From NCBI RefSeq assembly GCF_006345805.1, contig NW_021834252.1, positions 1-49,981 of the forward strand: a DNA stretch of 49,981 nt. Direction: 5' to 3'. Shown in pieces: positions 10,465 through 23,922 of the stretch. This DNA comes from Octopus sinensis. Its lineage: Eukaryota. Numbering within the stretch: the first letter of the stretch is position 1; every line of letters starts with the position of its first letter. The translations under genes were made by a program, and so were the position numbers. A model generated the notes under the pieces. That model ran no database searches, was not told the DNA's origin, and was given only the letters and a program-made list of their open reading frames with translations.

Positions 10465-12667
10465 AGCAACAACAGTAACGTTAACAACAATAGTTCTATT
10501 TTCTATTCCAACTCAGGCCACCACCACTAACCTAACGTGTCTGACGTCTGTTATTGTTGAAACTACGAGAAGCAAGGTTACACGTGGTAGCTTGACCTCC
10601 CGAAAACAGCAGCTTAGTCTCTCTTAAATCGCACCTAGCCCTTTTCAAGCGAGCAGTCAGTTTTAGATATACCTTAGATGACGAGCTGATCAGGTTTGAA
10701 ATTCATTTTATCATAGATTTTCTCATTCTACATCGACCTGGGTCTAAACAACAACAGCATCTATTATTACTATCTGTTACATGTAGCTTTGGATTAGCAA
10801 TAAGTTGTGCCATAGCTTTGCTCACGAACAACGAACGAATAACAAATCTACACACCACGTCAGTCTATTTGATATTCGTATGGAGAACATCCCTACGTAG
10901 TCCTTGACTCGCCAGAAGTAGTAGCCGTATCTACCTTAAACCACGTCTTTCTGTCCGCAGAACAGTTCATATATTGATTTTGTACTCCAGCAGAGTACAT
11001 AGTGCCTGATAGACGATAAGATAGGCAAGGCCCACGTGGTTTTCATCACAAAACTCATCGATTTGAGCTAACCAGAGGACTAACCAATAACAACAACTTA
11101 TAATGTTATATTTAATTTACAGTCTGTTTCCCCCGCTCTCTTGCAAATAGCTAAATTGAGCTCAACCCACACACCATGGCGACTAACAGGAAGACAGCTG
11201 TTCACTATATCTAATGAACGACAAATGATAATTTTGAATTGCTTTGCTGATTAGATTTATTTTAGATTGATGAGATTAACTAAGGTTTTAGTCTCAATGG
11301 GATGACATTTGTCTTCTGACACCAATCAATACCAATACCATTTCCAGTTCTATATGTTTTTATTGTCAGTCTTCACTTAAACTAAGCTCAGGTGGCGAAG
11401 ACTAGAAAAGCTTTCAGACTGAACATTAGGAACTGAATAACAATGAGAGTATAACGTAGTTTTTTTCTTATATTGTATATAATATCCGGTTTTGCACATT
11501 TCCAGTCACGGCTTGGATGCCTTATGGGGATATTAACTTGACCCTTATACTTGACATTTCTTAGATGAATGAATAATTTCTAATATTGACTTTTGATATT
11601 TATACAATTTTGCTTACACGATTAACGTCTTTTGGAAAACATGAAACCCGCGACTTACCACTTCCTACGCCGCAAAAAGATGATGGAGATGATGGAGATG
11701 ATGGAGATGATGGCGATGATCCTGAACCACATTTATATCACTTTCTGTTGTTTTGTTTTTTTACCTCAAATGTCTCTTTATTCCTAGAGCACCTCTTTGT
11801 CCCCTTTGTTTTACTTTCAATTTCTTTTTATCCTCTCATTACCAGTTTGCTTTCGATAGAGTCATATCTACCAAAGAATTGCCCCGGTAAATTACGTACC
11901 AGAAATACGTTAAAGGAAATTGAAAGAATGAGAGTTGATTTACGTGGTCATCTGACCTGTAAGAAATAGCAACAAAATCCCTCAGAAATGAAATACTTGC
12001 ATGAAGTATATATTTGAGAGACTAGTCTGAGCTGCATCTCATACGACGAAATAATCGCAGCTAGTATTCTTTTGGTTATATATCTGTTGTATCACGACTA
12101 ATCTGGAAATAAATAATAGGAATGAATAGGGACACCTTCTTGAAATGTAAAGTTCACAGTGAAAACAATACTGATTCCTTGACATCAGCAAAGCACTTAG
12201 CCGTACCCGATAGAGGACAAGCGACTATTACCCTCCTGTTAGGTCTATCTATCTCATCATTAAACTGAAAGCTTGTTTGCAGATGAAGCCATCGGAAACT
12301 GTAATGGCGATAACGTCTCCAACGCACGTGATAGTCTTTATGTTCCGATGCAGCATCTACTTTATCAATTCTGTATTTATGAGAGTTTAAAAACTTCGAA
12401 AGACATGAAGTAAGTAATCTTTAACGATAGAACTCGAAGTACATACATCTATAAATATTATTATCTTTATAGCTTTAACTATTTCAAGTCCCATCGTAAA
12501 AAAGTAATTTACTACACATTTCTTGCAGTTTATAAATTCTTATAAAGTAAATAAAGTAAATGGCTAACAATTCTCGCTCGTAAGAACAAAGTTTCTAACA
12601 TGGCAATAAAAATTCGAAGTGCTGTTTTGGGAAAATTGCATAATAGTGGTTTTATCTCTAATTATAT

Positions 12668-12710
<43 letters not shown>

Positions 12711-13510
12711 AGTCCCAAGCGTCTTTATCTGCGTCTCTATCTCCATATCAGGTCACCTTGATTCCTCTTATAGCCACTCTTTACCCCGCGGACATAGTCC
12801 TCGATAAATACTTCGGGGTGTAAGTTCAAATTATATGAGCAAATACGTGTGTTCTATAATGAGCATCTCTACATGCTGTGTAAACTGGTTTTCCTGCAGA
12901 TAGGACACTGACATTAGGAATCCTAGTCTGTCAGTTTATCTAATTTGACGTTATAAATGATGTTACGTTGGTGATGTTGCGGCTACACCGTGTATAGCAG
13001 GCACTAGGTTCGATTCCTATAGTTGATATTACGACTTATCTGTCCTATTTCTTGATTGCATATGTGTATATGCGTTCTTAATTGGTCATTAAGATACAAT
13101 TTCGATATGTCATATGTAGAGAAATCGCAAGAGATCACAGAATTGTAAATTAGTTTAGCCGACGGCAGGAAAGGGTGAAAGTCCCTTGTACAGAGAAATT
13201 GACTTGGAAAATAGGCATAAAATTGAAGGGTGGGGGGCGGGTGATAAGAAACGGCAAATAAATAAAGAAACTGACAGGTATTTGTATGTATGTGTGTATT
13301 TGTATGTATGTATGAGTGTGTATTCTCTCTCTATATATATATATGGTAGTAACTAAATGTGTTTTAAAAAAGATTTTCAAAAAACTCACATTTTGTAGGG
13401 AATAAATGTTTGAATGTCGATCGTATTTGGAAAAGATTGATAGATATTTGTATGTATGTGTGTATTTGTATATATGTATGAATGTGTATTCTGTCTCTAT
13501 ATATATATAT

Positions 13511-13736
13511 TACTCTTTTACTCTTTTAGTTGTTTCAGTCATTTGACTGTGGCCATGCTGGAGCACCGCCTTTAGTCGAGCAACTTGACCCCGGGACTTA
13601 TTCTTTGTAAGCCCAGTACTTATTCTATCGGTGTGTTTTGCCGAACCGCTAGTTACGGGGACGTAAACACACCAGCATCGGTTGTCAAGAAATGTTGGGG
13701 GGGGACAAACACAGACACACAAACATATACACATAA

Positions 13737-13776
<40 letters not shown>

Positions 13777-13930
13777 GACGGGCTTCTTTCAGTTTCCCTC
13801 TACCAAATTCACTCACAAGGCTTTGGCCGGCCCGAGGCTATAGTAGAAGACACTTGCCCAAGGTGCCACGCAGTGGGACTGAACCCGGAACCATGTGGTT
13901 GGTAAGCAAGCTACCTACCACACAGCCACT
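13511..13930 (-). mobile_element. Full-length SINE family B
   Basis: Minus strand: tRNA head (agtggctgtgtggtag...ccgggttcagtccc), gcaccttgggcaagtgtc, central gccttgtgagtgaatttggtag domain, internal microsatellite, and tail ...ctccagcatggccacagtcaaatgactgaaacaac followed by short taaaagag repeats. Confidence 0.92.
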
Positions 13931-14807
13931 TACCTTCAAAGCGTTTATCATGGATCGTGAAACTCAGTTTTTTCGATGCACTTTGTACATACATATATAT
14001 CTTTATATTCATATATTTATTATATAAAGATAGAAACATACACGCATACACACACACACACACGCACGCACACACGCACACACACAAGAAATGCACATCA
14101 CGTGTAACTGAACTTGTGTGCTATATTGTAAGTACTTTTTGCGTATGAGTAAGTCAGCTAACTTTCAGAAACCAGCATCTTTGTGCTCTAAATGACATTT
14201 TAAAGTCATTAGCAGTAATACTTGATAGTTTCACGGGTTGTGACGATATCCTTAGTAACGTTGTCTCGTGTGGTGGACTCGTGAAATCGGCAGAGGATCG
14301 ATTGGTAATGCGTTACAGTATTTATTCAGACTCTTTGCGTTTCGAGTTCAAATTCTGTAGTTGCCAACAACTGGATCTTGAATGGCTTTAACATGGTTTG
14401 TAGAATTCGGGTCAGCACACCGGTTCGTGGAGAACTTTTTTCCGCCTTCCAGCCAGTGTTGGACATTGTAAAATATGTCACGGGCTCTCTCTTTCTTCCT
14501 CACTAAACGATTTAGAGAAAACCACTACTTAAAATGTGTTGCCTAATTACAACGAAACGGTTTTGACCAATTAAGAATTGTCTTGCTGCCTTTAATAGTC
14601 TATGCTTTGTTGGCCATTTTATAATGAGCTCCATACCATATCCCATTCCTATCGATTTGCATATTTGCATAAATATAATCTTCCTTGAATATCAATTATA
14701 TTTAATGGTAATTTTTCTCAATGAGACACTTTTAATTTGTGTAATGATCTTACTGAATAAACCATTTCATTGACATTTTGTTTTAATAATCTGATATTTT
14801 GTAATAT

Positions 14808-14985
14808 TATGCTTAACGATATTTCGTCCGTCTTCACGTTCTGAGTTCAAATACCGCCGAGTCAACTTTGCCTTTCAACCTTTGTTGATCGATGAAATGA
14901 GTACCAGTTGTGCACTGGGATAAATGTAATCGACTGAGCTCCACCCTCAAAATTTCTGACCTTGTGCCAAAGTTTGAAATCAACA
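14808..14985 (+). mobile_element. SINE A (tail 2a), head partly lost
   Basis: atttcgtccgtcttcacgttctgagttcaaatacc...gagtaccagttgtgcactggg...ccttgtgccaaagtttgaaa. Confidence 0.8.
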
Positions 14986-16847
14986 TAATGCGGTGGTTAA
15001 CTTCATAACCTAGACACGTACTCTGGCGCCTATAAATAACTGAGGCGCTACCACCAAAACATTTATGCGACTGGTTGACAAAGACACAGACAGAAACACA
15101 CTGATAACTCTTAGTCACAGATGTCTCTTCACTTTGTCTATTCCAAAGCTCCTACAACAGTCTCTGTTCTGTTGAACAGCTAAGTTGCATACGACGTCAC
15201 TACAAACCCATATTTTTTTCTTTCTGTTACCGATTTATATCTCTTCCCAGAACTGCCTCATAGGCTGCAAGATCAGTCTGGCTCCAAATTCCCTGGCTGT
15301 CACCAAGTAATCGATGATAACTTCAAGACAAATATTCGATCGGTATACATTTACACACGTGGTGTCTATTTACAGAAAAGTCCCCAAGTGTGGTGTAGCT
15401 TTTATTTTGACTGTTAAATCCTTTATATAATCAAAATTGACTAAAAACTTTTAACAATTTCGAACTCTTAACGGAGAGAAAATTTAATGAAATCGTCCAT
15501 TAATATAATATTTATTTTATCACATTCAGAAGTTTCCTCGCCTTCATTTCCTGAATGTGAGCAGCGTAAAATAAATCAAGGGCAGTTTCTTTAGTTGTTT
15601 TGTTGATCAGTTTAGAAATTTCGTGAACTGTAATTTACATTTCAAACATCGTTTCGAATTATTTTTGACGTTTTCTTTATTGAAAATTCTGTTATGGCGT
15701 TTAGTAAATTAATCTTGAGTTATTTTCTCCTTTTTTTCTGTGGAGTGAGAAGATTATGTTGTTTTTAAGAATTAAGAATATTCTGACTTTATGAGATTCT
15801 GTAAAGTACAAGCACGGTTTAAGCCAGGCTTTTAATTTTCACTAAATGCTTGTGTTTTTTAGGATTAGGAAACCAACTGTAGTGTTGTTCATGCATTATT
15901 TAAGAGCCTTAATCATATGAGAAAAGTCAAGTTCACGTAGTCTCCCTAACAGTCATTGCTGTAACAAAGGAGGAAATAATTTTGTCATAAAATCAAGCAT
16001 GATTCGAAATTGGAAATTGAATTTAAGGAAAGCACAAAATCCAAACGTTTGATTTTTGAAACGAAGTTCTTAAAATGTCTCCTTATTGTTAAATATATAC
16101 AGTACTATTTCATTCTATGTAGAAATCATCAGCATTACACAACCTAAGATTTATTAATTAAATATTTCATGAAGCCAGGCATAGTAATAGTCTTGAGGAA
16201 ATTTTGGAATGTGATTTTTTCTTTTCTTCATATAGAATGTTAGTAGATTAGAAATCGAGAGAATAGACAGGATGCTATTACTAACTGTTTTCAGGGAATT
16301 CTATTATGTGAAAATATCTTATAGTATCCGATAATTTTTGTTTTACTTAGAAACAACTTCACAAAATATCTTCCGGTGAATTGCTTAAAGAGTTAGTATT
16401 CGATGTGAATGGACTCAGTTTTGATAAAGGATAACTGAACGATTTTCATTCTACGAAGATCTCCACGTTTTCAGTAAGTAAAAGACGATGATTGCTGGAA
16501 AAATATCCGACATATGAAAGATCTTCCGGGGAGCTGCCATCATCTTTCTCGATGTATGATTTTGTAACGTTATAAAATTAAAAGTATTACTTTTGTCCTT
16601 TAATGCATTTTCCAAGTCTAAAAGCTATTGAAGGTACTTCTTGAATTAGAAGGATATTGTAACAAGTAGGAGATTCATCCAATTAAAATAGTTGTCTCAG
16701 TGGTTTAAATGCACAAGAAAAATTTATTCAGCTAATGAAGAAGCTTCAAAATTAGGAAGACATCAGTTTTACATTCATATATTTAGTATCCGCGGATATT
16801 TTAAAACCAAACTTTTTCAAAGACTTAAATAATACTAAGTTAATCAT

Positions 16848-17060
16848 AAGGCTGCGAGCAGGCAGAATCGTTAGCATTCCGGGAAAAATGCTTAGCGACA
16901 TTTCGTCCGTCTTTGAGACGACTTGAAATTCAGCTGAGGTTGCTTTTGCCTTTCATCCCTTTAGGGGTCGATAAAATAAGTACCAGTCAAACAGTGGAGT
17001 CATTGTAATTGACTTGCCCCCTTCCCCGAACTTGCTGACTTTGTGCCAAAATTTGGAGCT
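16848..17060 (+). mobile_element. SINE A (tail 2a)
   Basis: aaggctgcgagcaggcagaatcgttagc...ttgcctttcatccc...ggggtcgataaaataagtaccagt...ttgtgccaaaatttgg. Confidence 0.85.
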
Positions 17061-17635
17061 AATATCAAGTTTAATCAACTGTTGGTGTTTTTGCGAAGCT
17101 TCTATAGATAATGAGACTATCTGCGAATCACAAGATTCATAAGCAATTAGGGAATCTAATTTTTTTAGATATTATATGAAACGTCGTTAAGTTTGATGTT
17201 AGTAAGAAGGAAAGATAACTGAGTGAGAGAAAGAAAAGATAATGATTTGTACATCGTGAATAATATTTAAGTGAGGGTAATATAGAGTGCAGGGCTGCGC
17301 GTATTTCCAGTTCTTGCTTACGTTTAGACATTTGAATCGATCACCGTTATTAAGAGGATTTGGAAAAATTTCACAGCTTTGAAAGATAGTCCTATCGAAA
17401 GAAATTTGAGAGCAGCATTTTGAAATGATTTACTTTGCGAGGATTAACAATCATCAATTCAATAAGCAACAAAACTTAAATATTAATTAAATGCTTATAT
17501 TTGATATGCGGTGATAAATTAATTAGAAGTGGCCAAAGACTTAGTGATTCAATTATAATTTACGACTTACAACCCCAATCGATGGCAGTACCAGAACATA
17601 TGACTAGGTTAACAAAGGCAAAACACTTATTATTA

Positions 17636-17637
<2 letters not shown>

Positions 17638-17677
<40 letters not shown>

Positions 17678-17840
17678 GTGTGTGTATGCATGTATATATA
17701 TATATATATAAAACAAGGAAGACGAAGAATGAGATACATACATGCGTATATATATAACATACATACATACGTATATATATATATATATATATAATATATA
17801 TATATATAATATATATATATATATATTATATATATATATA
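17638..17840. repeat. Interrupted (TA)n block
   Basis: Directly visible. Confidence 0.9.
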
Positions 17841-18384
17841 ACATCAACGATACGTGAAAACAGAAGAACGTGATATGACATTGCATATATATTTTGATAT
17901 ATGTCAAAATAAGCAACAAGGATATCCAAGGTAGTGTAGTACAATCGTTTCATGCTACTTAATTTTATTGAATAGTGAAGTTGTTAAGTAAAAATTTATT
18001 TACGATAAAAATTCTGAATAAGACATTCAGTACAGTTCGCTAGCATTTAACATCTTTTTCTCTCACTTATTTCCCCTCCATGTGTTGCTTTAGTTTACCA
18101 CTGGCAGCGTGTGCGACTTGAAACGTTGCATTTTATTATATGTAAGATAATATTAAGGAAGCAGAATGAATTACCGAATACAAAAGCCAAACAGAACAAA
18201 TGAATAGAGACGATATTACAGCAACGATGTAGACTCGCTGTTGGATAATTTAGAACACTTCAAATATAATAAATATGAATTATAGACAGAACGATTCCAG
18301 CTGATGTAGAATGATTTAGAATGTCAGTCTTATAAATTGAGCCAATTTCAAAGCTTCAAACGCTAAAGTGCTACTCACAAAAAA

Positions 18385-18424
<40 letters not shown>

Positions 18425-18889
18425 GCGTGGTATGCGTGTATATACATATATTATTGTGAGGATAATTGTAATAATGGTACACCCCTCCCATGCGACGAGT
18501 GGTATGTTTTGGTCATTATAAATAGGTGACGTCGGTCAGTGAGAGTACATAGTAGACGGTCGTAGACTGTCGTGGGCTGACTGGTCTTATTAACTATATT
18601 TCTATACCGGAGTGGGCGTTATAACAATCCGACATTAAGGATTACAACAGCGGCGACGAGGATTACAACAGTGGCGACGAGGATTACAACAGTGGCGACG
18701 AGGATTACAACAGTGGCACAAGGAATTAGTAAACTCACGAAGAATTAACAAATTCATGCGAAATTAAGAAACTAATGATGATTAAATGAACTCAAAAGGT
18801 GTTGCGAAACTCAGAAAAGTCTTTTTTGAGAATTTTACTGTATACAAAAGCGTAAAATTATGGAAGATTTATTGACCGGTTTCCTCGAG

Positions 18890-19810
18890 TTGAAAAGCAG
18901 CAACCATAAGAACAATAACAGCAGCAGCAACAACAACAATTGCTATTACAGCAATAAATTCTGCAATTAATGAATAGTAAGTCGTCAGGAAATGCTAAAA
19001 AAATGTTTCCACCAGATTATGTTACGAACTCGATAACAGAGTTTAAGTAAGAACCTGACAAAGGAGTTACCATCGAGGCTTAATATAGAGGATACGAACA
19101 AATCTTTAAAAAAGAGTGCAAATATTGAGACGACGATATGAAAACGCGTTTAATCTCAAGGAAACTGGCAGCAAGAGAACATGATCGTTTCATCAATTAC
19201 ATACTCCCGAAAAAAACCTTCTGACATAAACTTTAAAGATACAATAGACATAATGAGTAAACTTGTTTAGTGAGAAAAACTCGTCGTTCAATACATGTTG
19301 GAAATGTTTGAACCTAGAAAAGAACAACGAGAAGGTCTGCATTATATATATTGTTAGAATTAATGGGGAATGGGAAAGGTTCAAGCTGGACGAATTTACG
19401 CCAGATATGCTCAAGTGCCTGATATTTATTAGTTAATCAGGGACTAACTGCAGAGACAGACGCAGAATTAAGAACAAGAATTCTTGCTAAGCTGGAACAA
19501 AACCAGGCTGTAACCCTACAACCAGTGTCAGAAGAGTGTGAAATAATAGTAAATTTAAGATACGATTTAGAGAAAATTGAACAAAGATTGCTCCCAAGTG
19601 AAACAAGTGCGAAATAGAATAGAAATCAAGTGTGTACTAAAACACAGTACAAACGGGATAAAAATCAGGTAAAAGAGAAAACCCATGTTTTACGAGTGGA
19701 GGTCCACACCCGAGATAAAAACTGTCCGTTTAAGAAAGCGGAGTGTTTCAGTTGTCGAAAAATTGAACAAATAAAAGCACAGTACAAAACCAGACGACAA
19801 AACGTTGGAA
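18890..19810 (+). pseudogene. Gypsy gag pseudogene
   Basis: Poly-Q start, then manual translation across stops and frameshifts: SITEFK*EPDKGVTIEA*YRGYEQIF...RKLAAREHDRFINYILPK...ERFKLDEFTPDMLKCLIF...DAELRTRILAKLE, and a decayed Cys/His knuckle (CPFKKAECFSC). This matches the Mag-type gag pattern. Confidence 0.8.
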
Positions 19811-19890
19811 CAAACAAAAAGGAATAAATAAGATGTCAGCGAAAGAAAATGTAATATAACAAAGAGGAAATTCGTAAATGTGAAAATTAA

Positions 19891-20012
19891 AAATGCAATA
19901 CCTGTATTTCGCTGCAAAATTACCCACAATAAAAAGTAGATCTTGATCAACAGTACATGTTCCGTGGTCGAGACTACACAACAATTTCGTTGGTCCTTTA
20001 ACCGGTTCATAC
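19891..20012 (+). pseudogene. Gypsy integrase N-terminal fragment
   Basis: KCNTC...AAKLP and VPWSRLHNNFVGPLTGSY correspond to the CxxC and PWSR(I/L)H(I)DFAGP motifs. The fragment is cut by a microsatellite at 20013. Confidence 0.75.
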
Positions 20013-20244
20013 ATGTATATATATATACACATATATATATGTATGCATGTATGTATGTATGTATGTATGTATAAATATAACCGCATGTGGGTTTTATGCG
20101 AGATTTTCTGTATTTTTCTTTGGACTCTTCTCTTTCCGACGAAACAGGTTTCTCCTTTCATCCAACATCAAATTAATATATCTCTACTGCACGTCGTCAC
20201 ATTCGTTCATTTTCCTCTGTTTCTAATTGCTTGTTTTTCGAATC

Positions 20245-20283
<39 letters not shown>

Positions 20284-20569
20284 GAACAATGGCACATTTT
20301 AAACTTCAGGAAATTCTTACGTATTTGTACTGTTCAGCTTATAGATTGTATTTATAATGTGCGTGATAGTTGGTTGGTAGAATTCTTTTTCTGAAGACCT
20401 TAGATTATCCAGTGCACCAATTATTATAGGTAAAATGCGAATTTATAATCGGCGGCTTCGCAGCAGTTGTCCATAGTTATACTTTTTCTCTTCTATCAAA
20501 GAGATATCCACATCAGCAGAACAGCTGATCTCTATGACAGTACATACATTTTCTTGTCTTCCCCAAACG

Positions 20570-20818
20570 ACAACATCCAGTCTATTATGACAAATGTTTG
20601 GATGGGAATGTTCCACCAGTATTCCTTCTGTCGACGTTTGAGTGTGTATTATTCAATAATAAGGTGATTCTCTATATTTATTCCAATGATATTCTATGTT
20701 GATTTTGCGACAACGTTGTGTCGTATAGGGAGGTACTGCCTTGATGACATTTTGGCACAGCTGCTAATCGCACGTATGAAGTCTTTCACAGGAATATGAC
20801 GTAATCTTTTTCCGTCAC

Positions 20819-20849
<31 letters not shown>

Positions 20850-21100
20850 GTATGTATGTATGTATGTATGAATGTATGTATGTATGTACGTTTGTATGTT
20901 TGTGTAAGCACATTGCGGAGAAAAGAAAAGCTATCCAACAATCCGGTGCACTGAAGTAATGCAGTGGTTTAAGGGTTCCTTGACAAACAGAACCCAGCAT
21001 GTTGTAAACGATGGGATTTACTCAAAACCAGAAAATATCATCAGAAATCTTTCTCAGTCTGCTGTGTTCTGGCCTTTTCTGTTTATGATTCGTATATTCT
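20570..21100 (+). pseudogene. Decayed CR1/L2-type reverse transcriptase fragment, split by (TATG)n
   Basis: YVDFATTL near 20695 (cf. YLDFAKAF) and QWFKGSLTNRTQHVVNDG...SQSAVFWPFLFMI (cf. WIxSFLxNRxQxVVVNG...PQGSVLGPLLF). Confidence 0.65.
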
Positions 21101-21496
21101 TTACTTTTTACTCTTTTTCTTGTTTCAGTCATTTGACTGCGGCCATGCTGGAGCACCGCTTTTAGTCGAGCAAATCGACCCCAGGACTTATTCTTTGTAA
21201 GCCTAGTACTTATTCTATCAGCACCTTTTTGCCGAACCGCTAAATTACGGGGACGTAAACACACCAGCATCGGTTGTCAAGTGATGTTGGGGGACAAACA
21301 TATACACACACATACACACACACATATATATACATATATACGACGGCCTTCTTTCAGTTTCCGTCTACCAAATCCACTCACAAGGCTTTGGTCGGTCCGA
21401 AGCTATGGTAGAAGACACTTGCCGAAGGTGCCACGCAGTGGGACTGAACCCGGAACCATGTGGTTGATAAGCAAGCTACTTACCACGCAGCCATTC

Positions 21497-21500
<4 letters not shown>
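21101..21500 (-). mobile_element. Full-length SINE family B
   Basis: Colinear and highly similar to 13511-13930. Confidence 0.92.
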
Positions 21501-21553
<53 letters not shown>

Positions 21554-22430
21554 ACATTGCAAATATCTGCAATATACTTGTAGGTGAGTTTGAAAGAGAC
21601 AGAATGATTACTGTTCGAATATCTTTGATGACAGCCCTCTGCAGTCACGACTTATCCGGCAACAAATAACTGCAACAACAGCAGCAGCAGCATCCAGTGA
21701 AGAGTGAAATCCATTTCCTGGATATTCATTGATCCGTGGCTAATACATTTCTAACAGAACACTTAAACAAATCTCTCTTTCTCCCTCTCTTCCTTCTCCC
21801 CCTCTCTCTCCCTTCCCCACTCTCTGTCTGTCTCTCAGTCTCCCTTCTCTCTTTCTCTCTCACACACACTCACTCTCTCTCTCCCTCTCCCTCTCCCCCC
21901 TTATTAGCTACTGAATAAACGGAAGTTTCAACACATCTCTTCTTATTACATAAATATTGATTTCTAAACATTGGCACAAGGTGACCGCCGAACCATTAAT
22001 AGTTATACATGTGGTTCATTATGTGTGCATGCGAGCACATGGGCATGCTTGTATGGTGTACGCATGTGTGTATGATACATGGAAATGCATGAGTGTAAGT
22101 ACCTATATATATATATATATTTGTGCATGTGTGTGTATGTATATATATGTACGTGTATGTATGCATATGTACATACCTACGTGTATGTGATGCTATTATT
22201 TAATAGCGTCTAATAAACACAAGTTATTAAATGTGAGCTACCATAAGTTTCATGCTCTGAGAGTACCATAGTTGGATGAACACGTATCGCGTGCAGTGTT
22301 CTCTCCTTGTAATTTTCCAATTGTCCAGGCTCAAAATAAACGTGGCTGCTCTCTGAGAAGAAGCGAGAAAGAACAAGTGGTACACAGCAATTTTTTGTTG
22401 CTGATCGCACCAGTAACGGAACAGTACAAT

Positions 22431-22615
22431 ACCATTTACTTGTTTCAGTCGTTAGATTGCGACAATGCTGGAGCACCACCTAGAAGAAACTACCCCAGTA
22501 TTTTTTTTCTTAAGCCTGGTACCTTTTACCAAAACGCTAGGTTACGGGGACGTAAACACACCACCACCGGTTGTCAAGCGGTGGTGGGGGACAAACACAA
22601 AAACAAAAACACATA

Positions 22616-22650
<35 letters not shown>

Positions 22651-22830
22651 TCTATGTGTGTGCATACAACGAGCTTCTTTCAGTTTCCGTCTACCAAATC
22701 TACTCATCCCTTCAAAATGCTTTGGGCGGCCCAAAGATGTTATAGCAGAAAACGCTCGCACAAGGTGTCACGCAGTGGAGTTGAACCCGAGATCATATGG
22801 TTAGGGAGCAAGCTTCTTACCACACACCCA
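22431..22830 (-). mobile_element. SINE family B, more diverged
   Basis: ttgtttcagtc...atgctggagcacc...ttacggggacgtaaacacacc...cagtttccgtctaccaaatc...cacgcagtggagttgaacc. Confidence 0.88.
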
Positions 22831-23429
22831 TAAAATGTGTGACAAAGTGATGTACAGGCGAGGGATAAATAGTCCCCATTCCATTACGCTTCAAAGGCTT
22901 CATCCAGTTGTAGCTGTCCAAATGCAATAAATTGTCGGCTAAGAAGAACGAGTGAAGTTGAACGTATATCGAAGAAGAATGATAGACGAACAATCACGTG
23001 AGTTAGAAATGTATTTATATGAAAAAACTGCATATAGCATTTCTATGTTTTAAGACCATCTTGTAAATGATGTATGGAACTTTTCGTACTAATATATTTC
23101 TTATACCCGTTAGTGTATGCCTGTCATTTTTCTGACAAGATATATGTGTTTGTGTCCCACGGGTAGCTTTCGACTTTTCTATCCAAAAATGATTTTCAAC
23201 CAAATACTTAAATATCTTATTTATAGCTCTAAGCGCTTCGAGATCTACTGTTCCTAAAAAGAAATATGTATATGTGTGTGTGGGTGTATGTATGCATGTG
23301 TGTCAGTATATACATATGTGTGTGTGCATATGCATGTATGTCTGTATATGTGTGTGTGAGTGCGTGTGTGTGTAACATTAAAATCCCACTATCGATTTAA
23401 TGAGTGACACCAAACTTAATTTTTGTGAA

Positions 23430-23799
23430 TATTTTAGCACCAATTTCGGAGAAGAGGGTGACTCGATTAGACCAAACCCTATGATTGACTAGTACTTATT
23501 TAATCGTCTCTGACAGGATGAAAGACAGAGTCTACCTCGGCGGAATTTGAACGAGGGACGTTGAAGACGGGCGTAATGCCTATTTCTTTACTACCCACAG
23601 AGAGGACAAACAAGGACAGACAAACGGATTAAGTAGATTATATCGACCCCAGAGCGTAACTGGTACTTATTTAACCAACCCCGAAAGGTTGAAAGGCAAA
23701 GTCTGCTACGGCGGAATTTGAACTCAGAACATAAAGACAGACGAAATGCCGCTAAGCATTTCGTCCAGCGTGCTAACGTTTCTGCCAGCTTGCTGCTTT
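23430..23799 (-). mobile_element. SINE A dimer: tail-1 unit (23581-23799) joined to the B-box half of a tail-2 unit (23430-23580)
   Basis: Minus-strand junction ...gtagtaaagaaata|ggcattacgcccgtc... is at the same position as in 5041/5042. Confidence 0.85.
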
Positions 23800-23922
23800 A
23801 ATCCTTGTGAATATTAAAAAGAAATTTAACATAACAGAGACTGAAGTCGATGATTCTAAATACAAGAGCAACATAATATTGTAATATGTGACAAGGTATG
23901 AGTGCAAGTTTGTATTAATCGC

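Larger units (their letters stand above)
18455..20012 (+). mobile_element. Internally deleted Ty3/Gypsy (Mag-like) LTR retrotransposon: 5' LTR, PBS, gag remnant, integrase fragment
   Basis: Short LTR candidate TG...CA (start about 18455-18467, end 18649; TATAAATA inside), then PBS TGGCGACGAGGAT, then gag and integrase remnants. No protease/RT/RNaseH or 3' LTR was seen. Confidence 0.85.

Noticed and set aside
12175-12330. LDISKAL, resembling the RT motif LDISKAF
   Set aside because: Only a 6-7 residue match with unconvincing flanks; possibly a very old LINE relic.
15950-16770. Possible decayed hAT transposase
   Set aside because: Only scattered short motif resemblances; no sustained reading frame or TIRs.
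18638-18726. 21-bp direct repeats as a CRISPR-like array
   Set aside because: No spacers, eukaryotic context, and explained as an LTR/PBS tandem duplication.
22265-22360. Strong minus-strand polypyrimidine acceptor and possible exon (SSHVYFEPGQLENYKERTLHAIRVHPTM)
   Set aside because: Weak donor, no homology recognised, and the phase is incompatible with the candidate upstream exons.
22272-22833. 157-aa and 122-aa ORFs
   Set aside because: They run through a SINE B copy and its microsatellite, with no recognisable protein motif.
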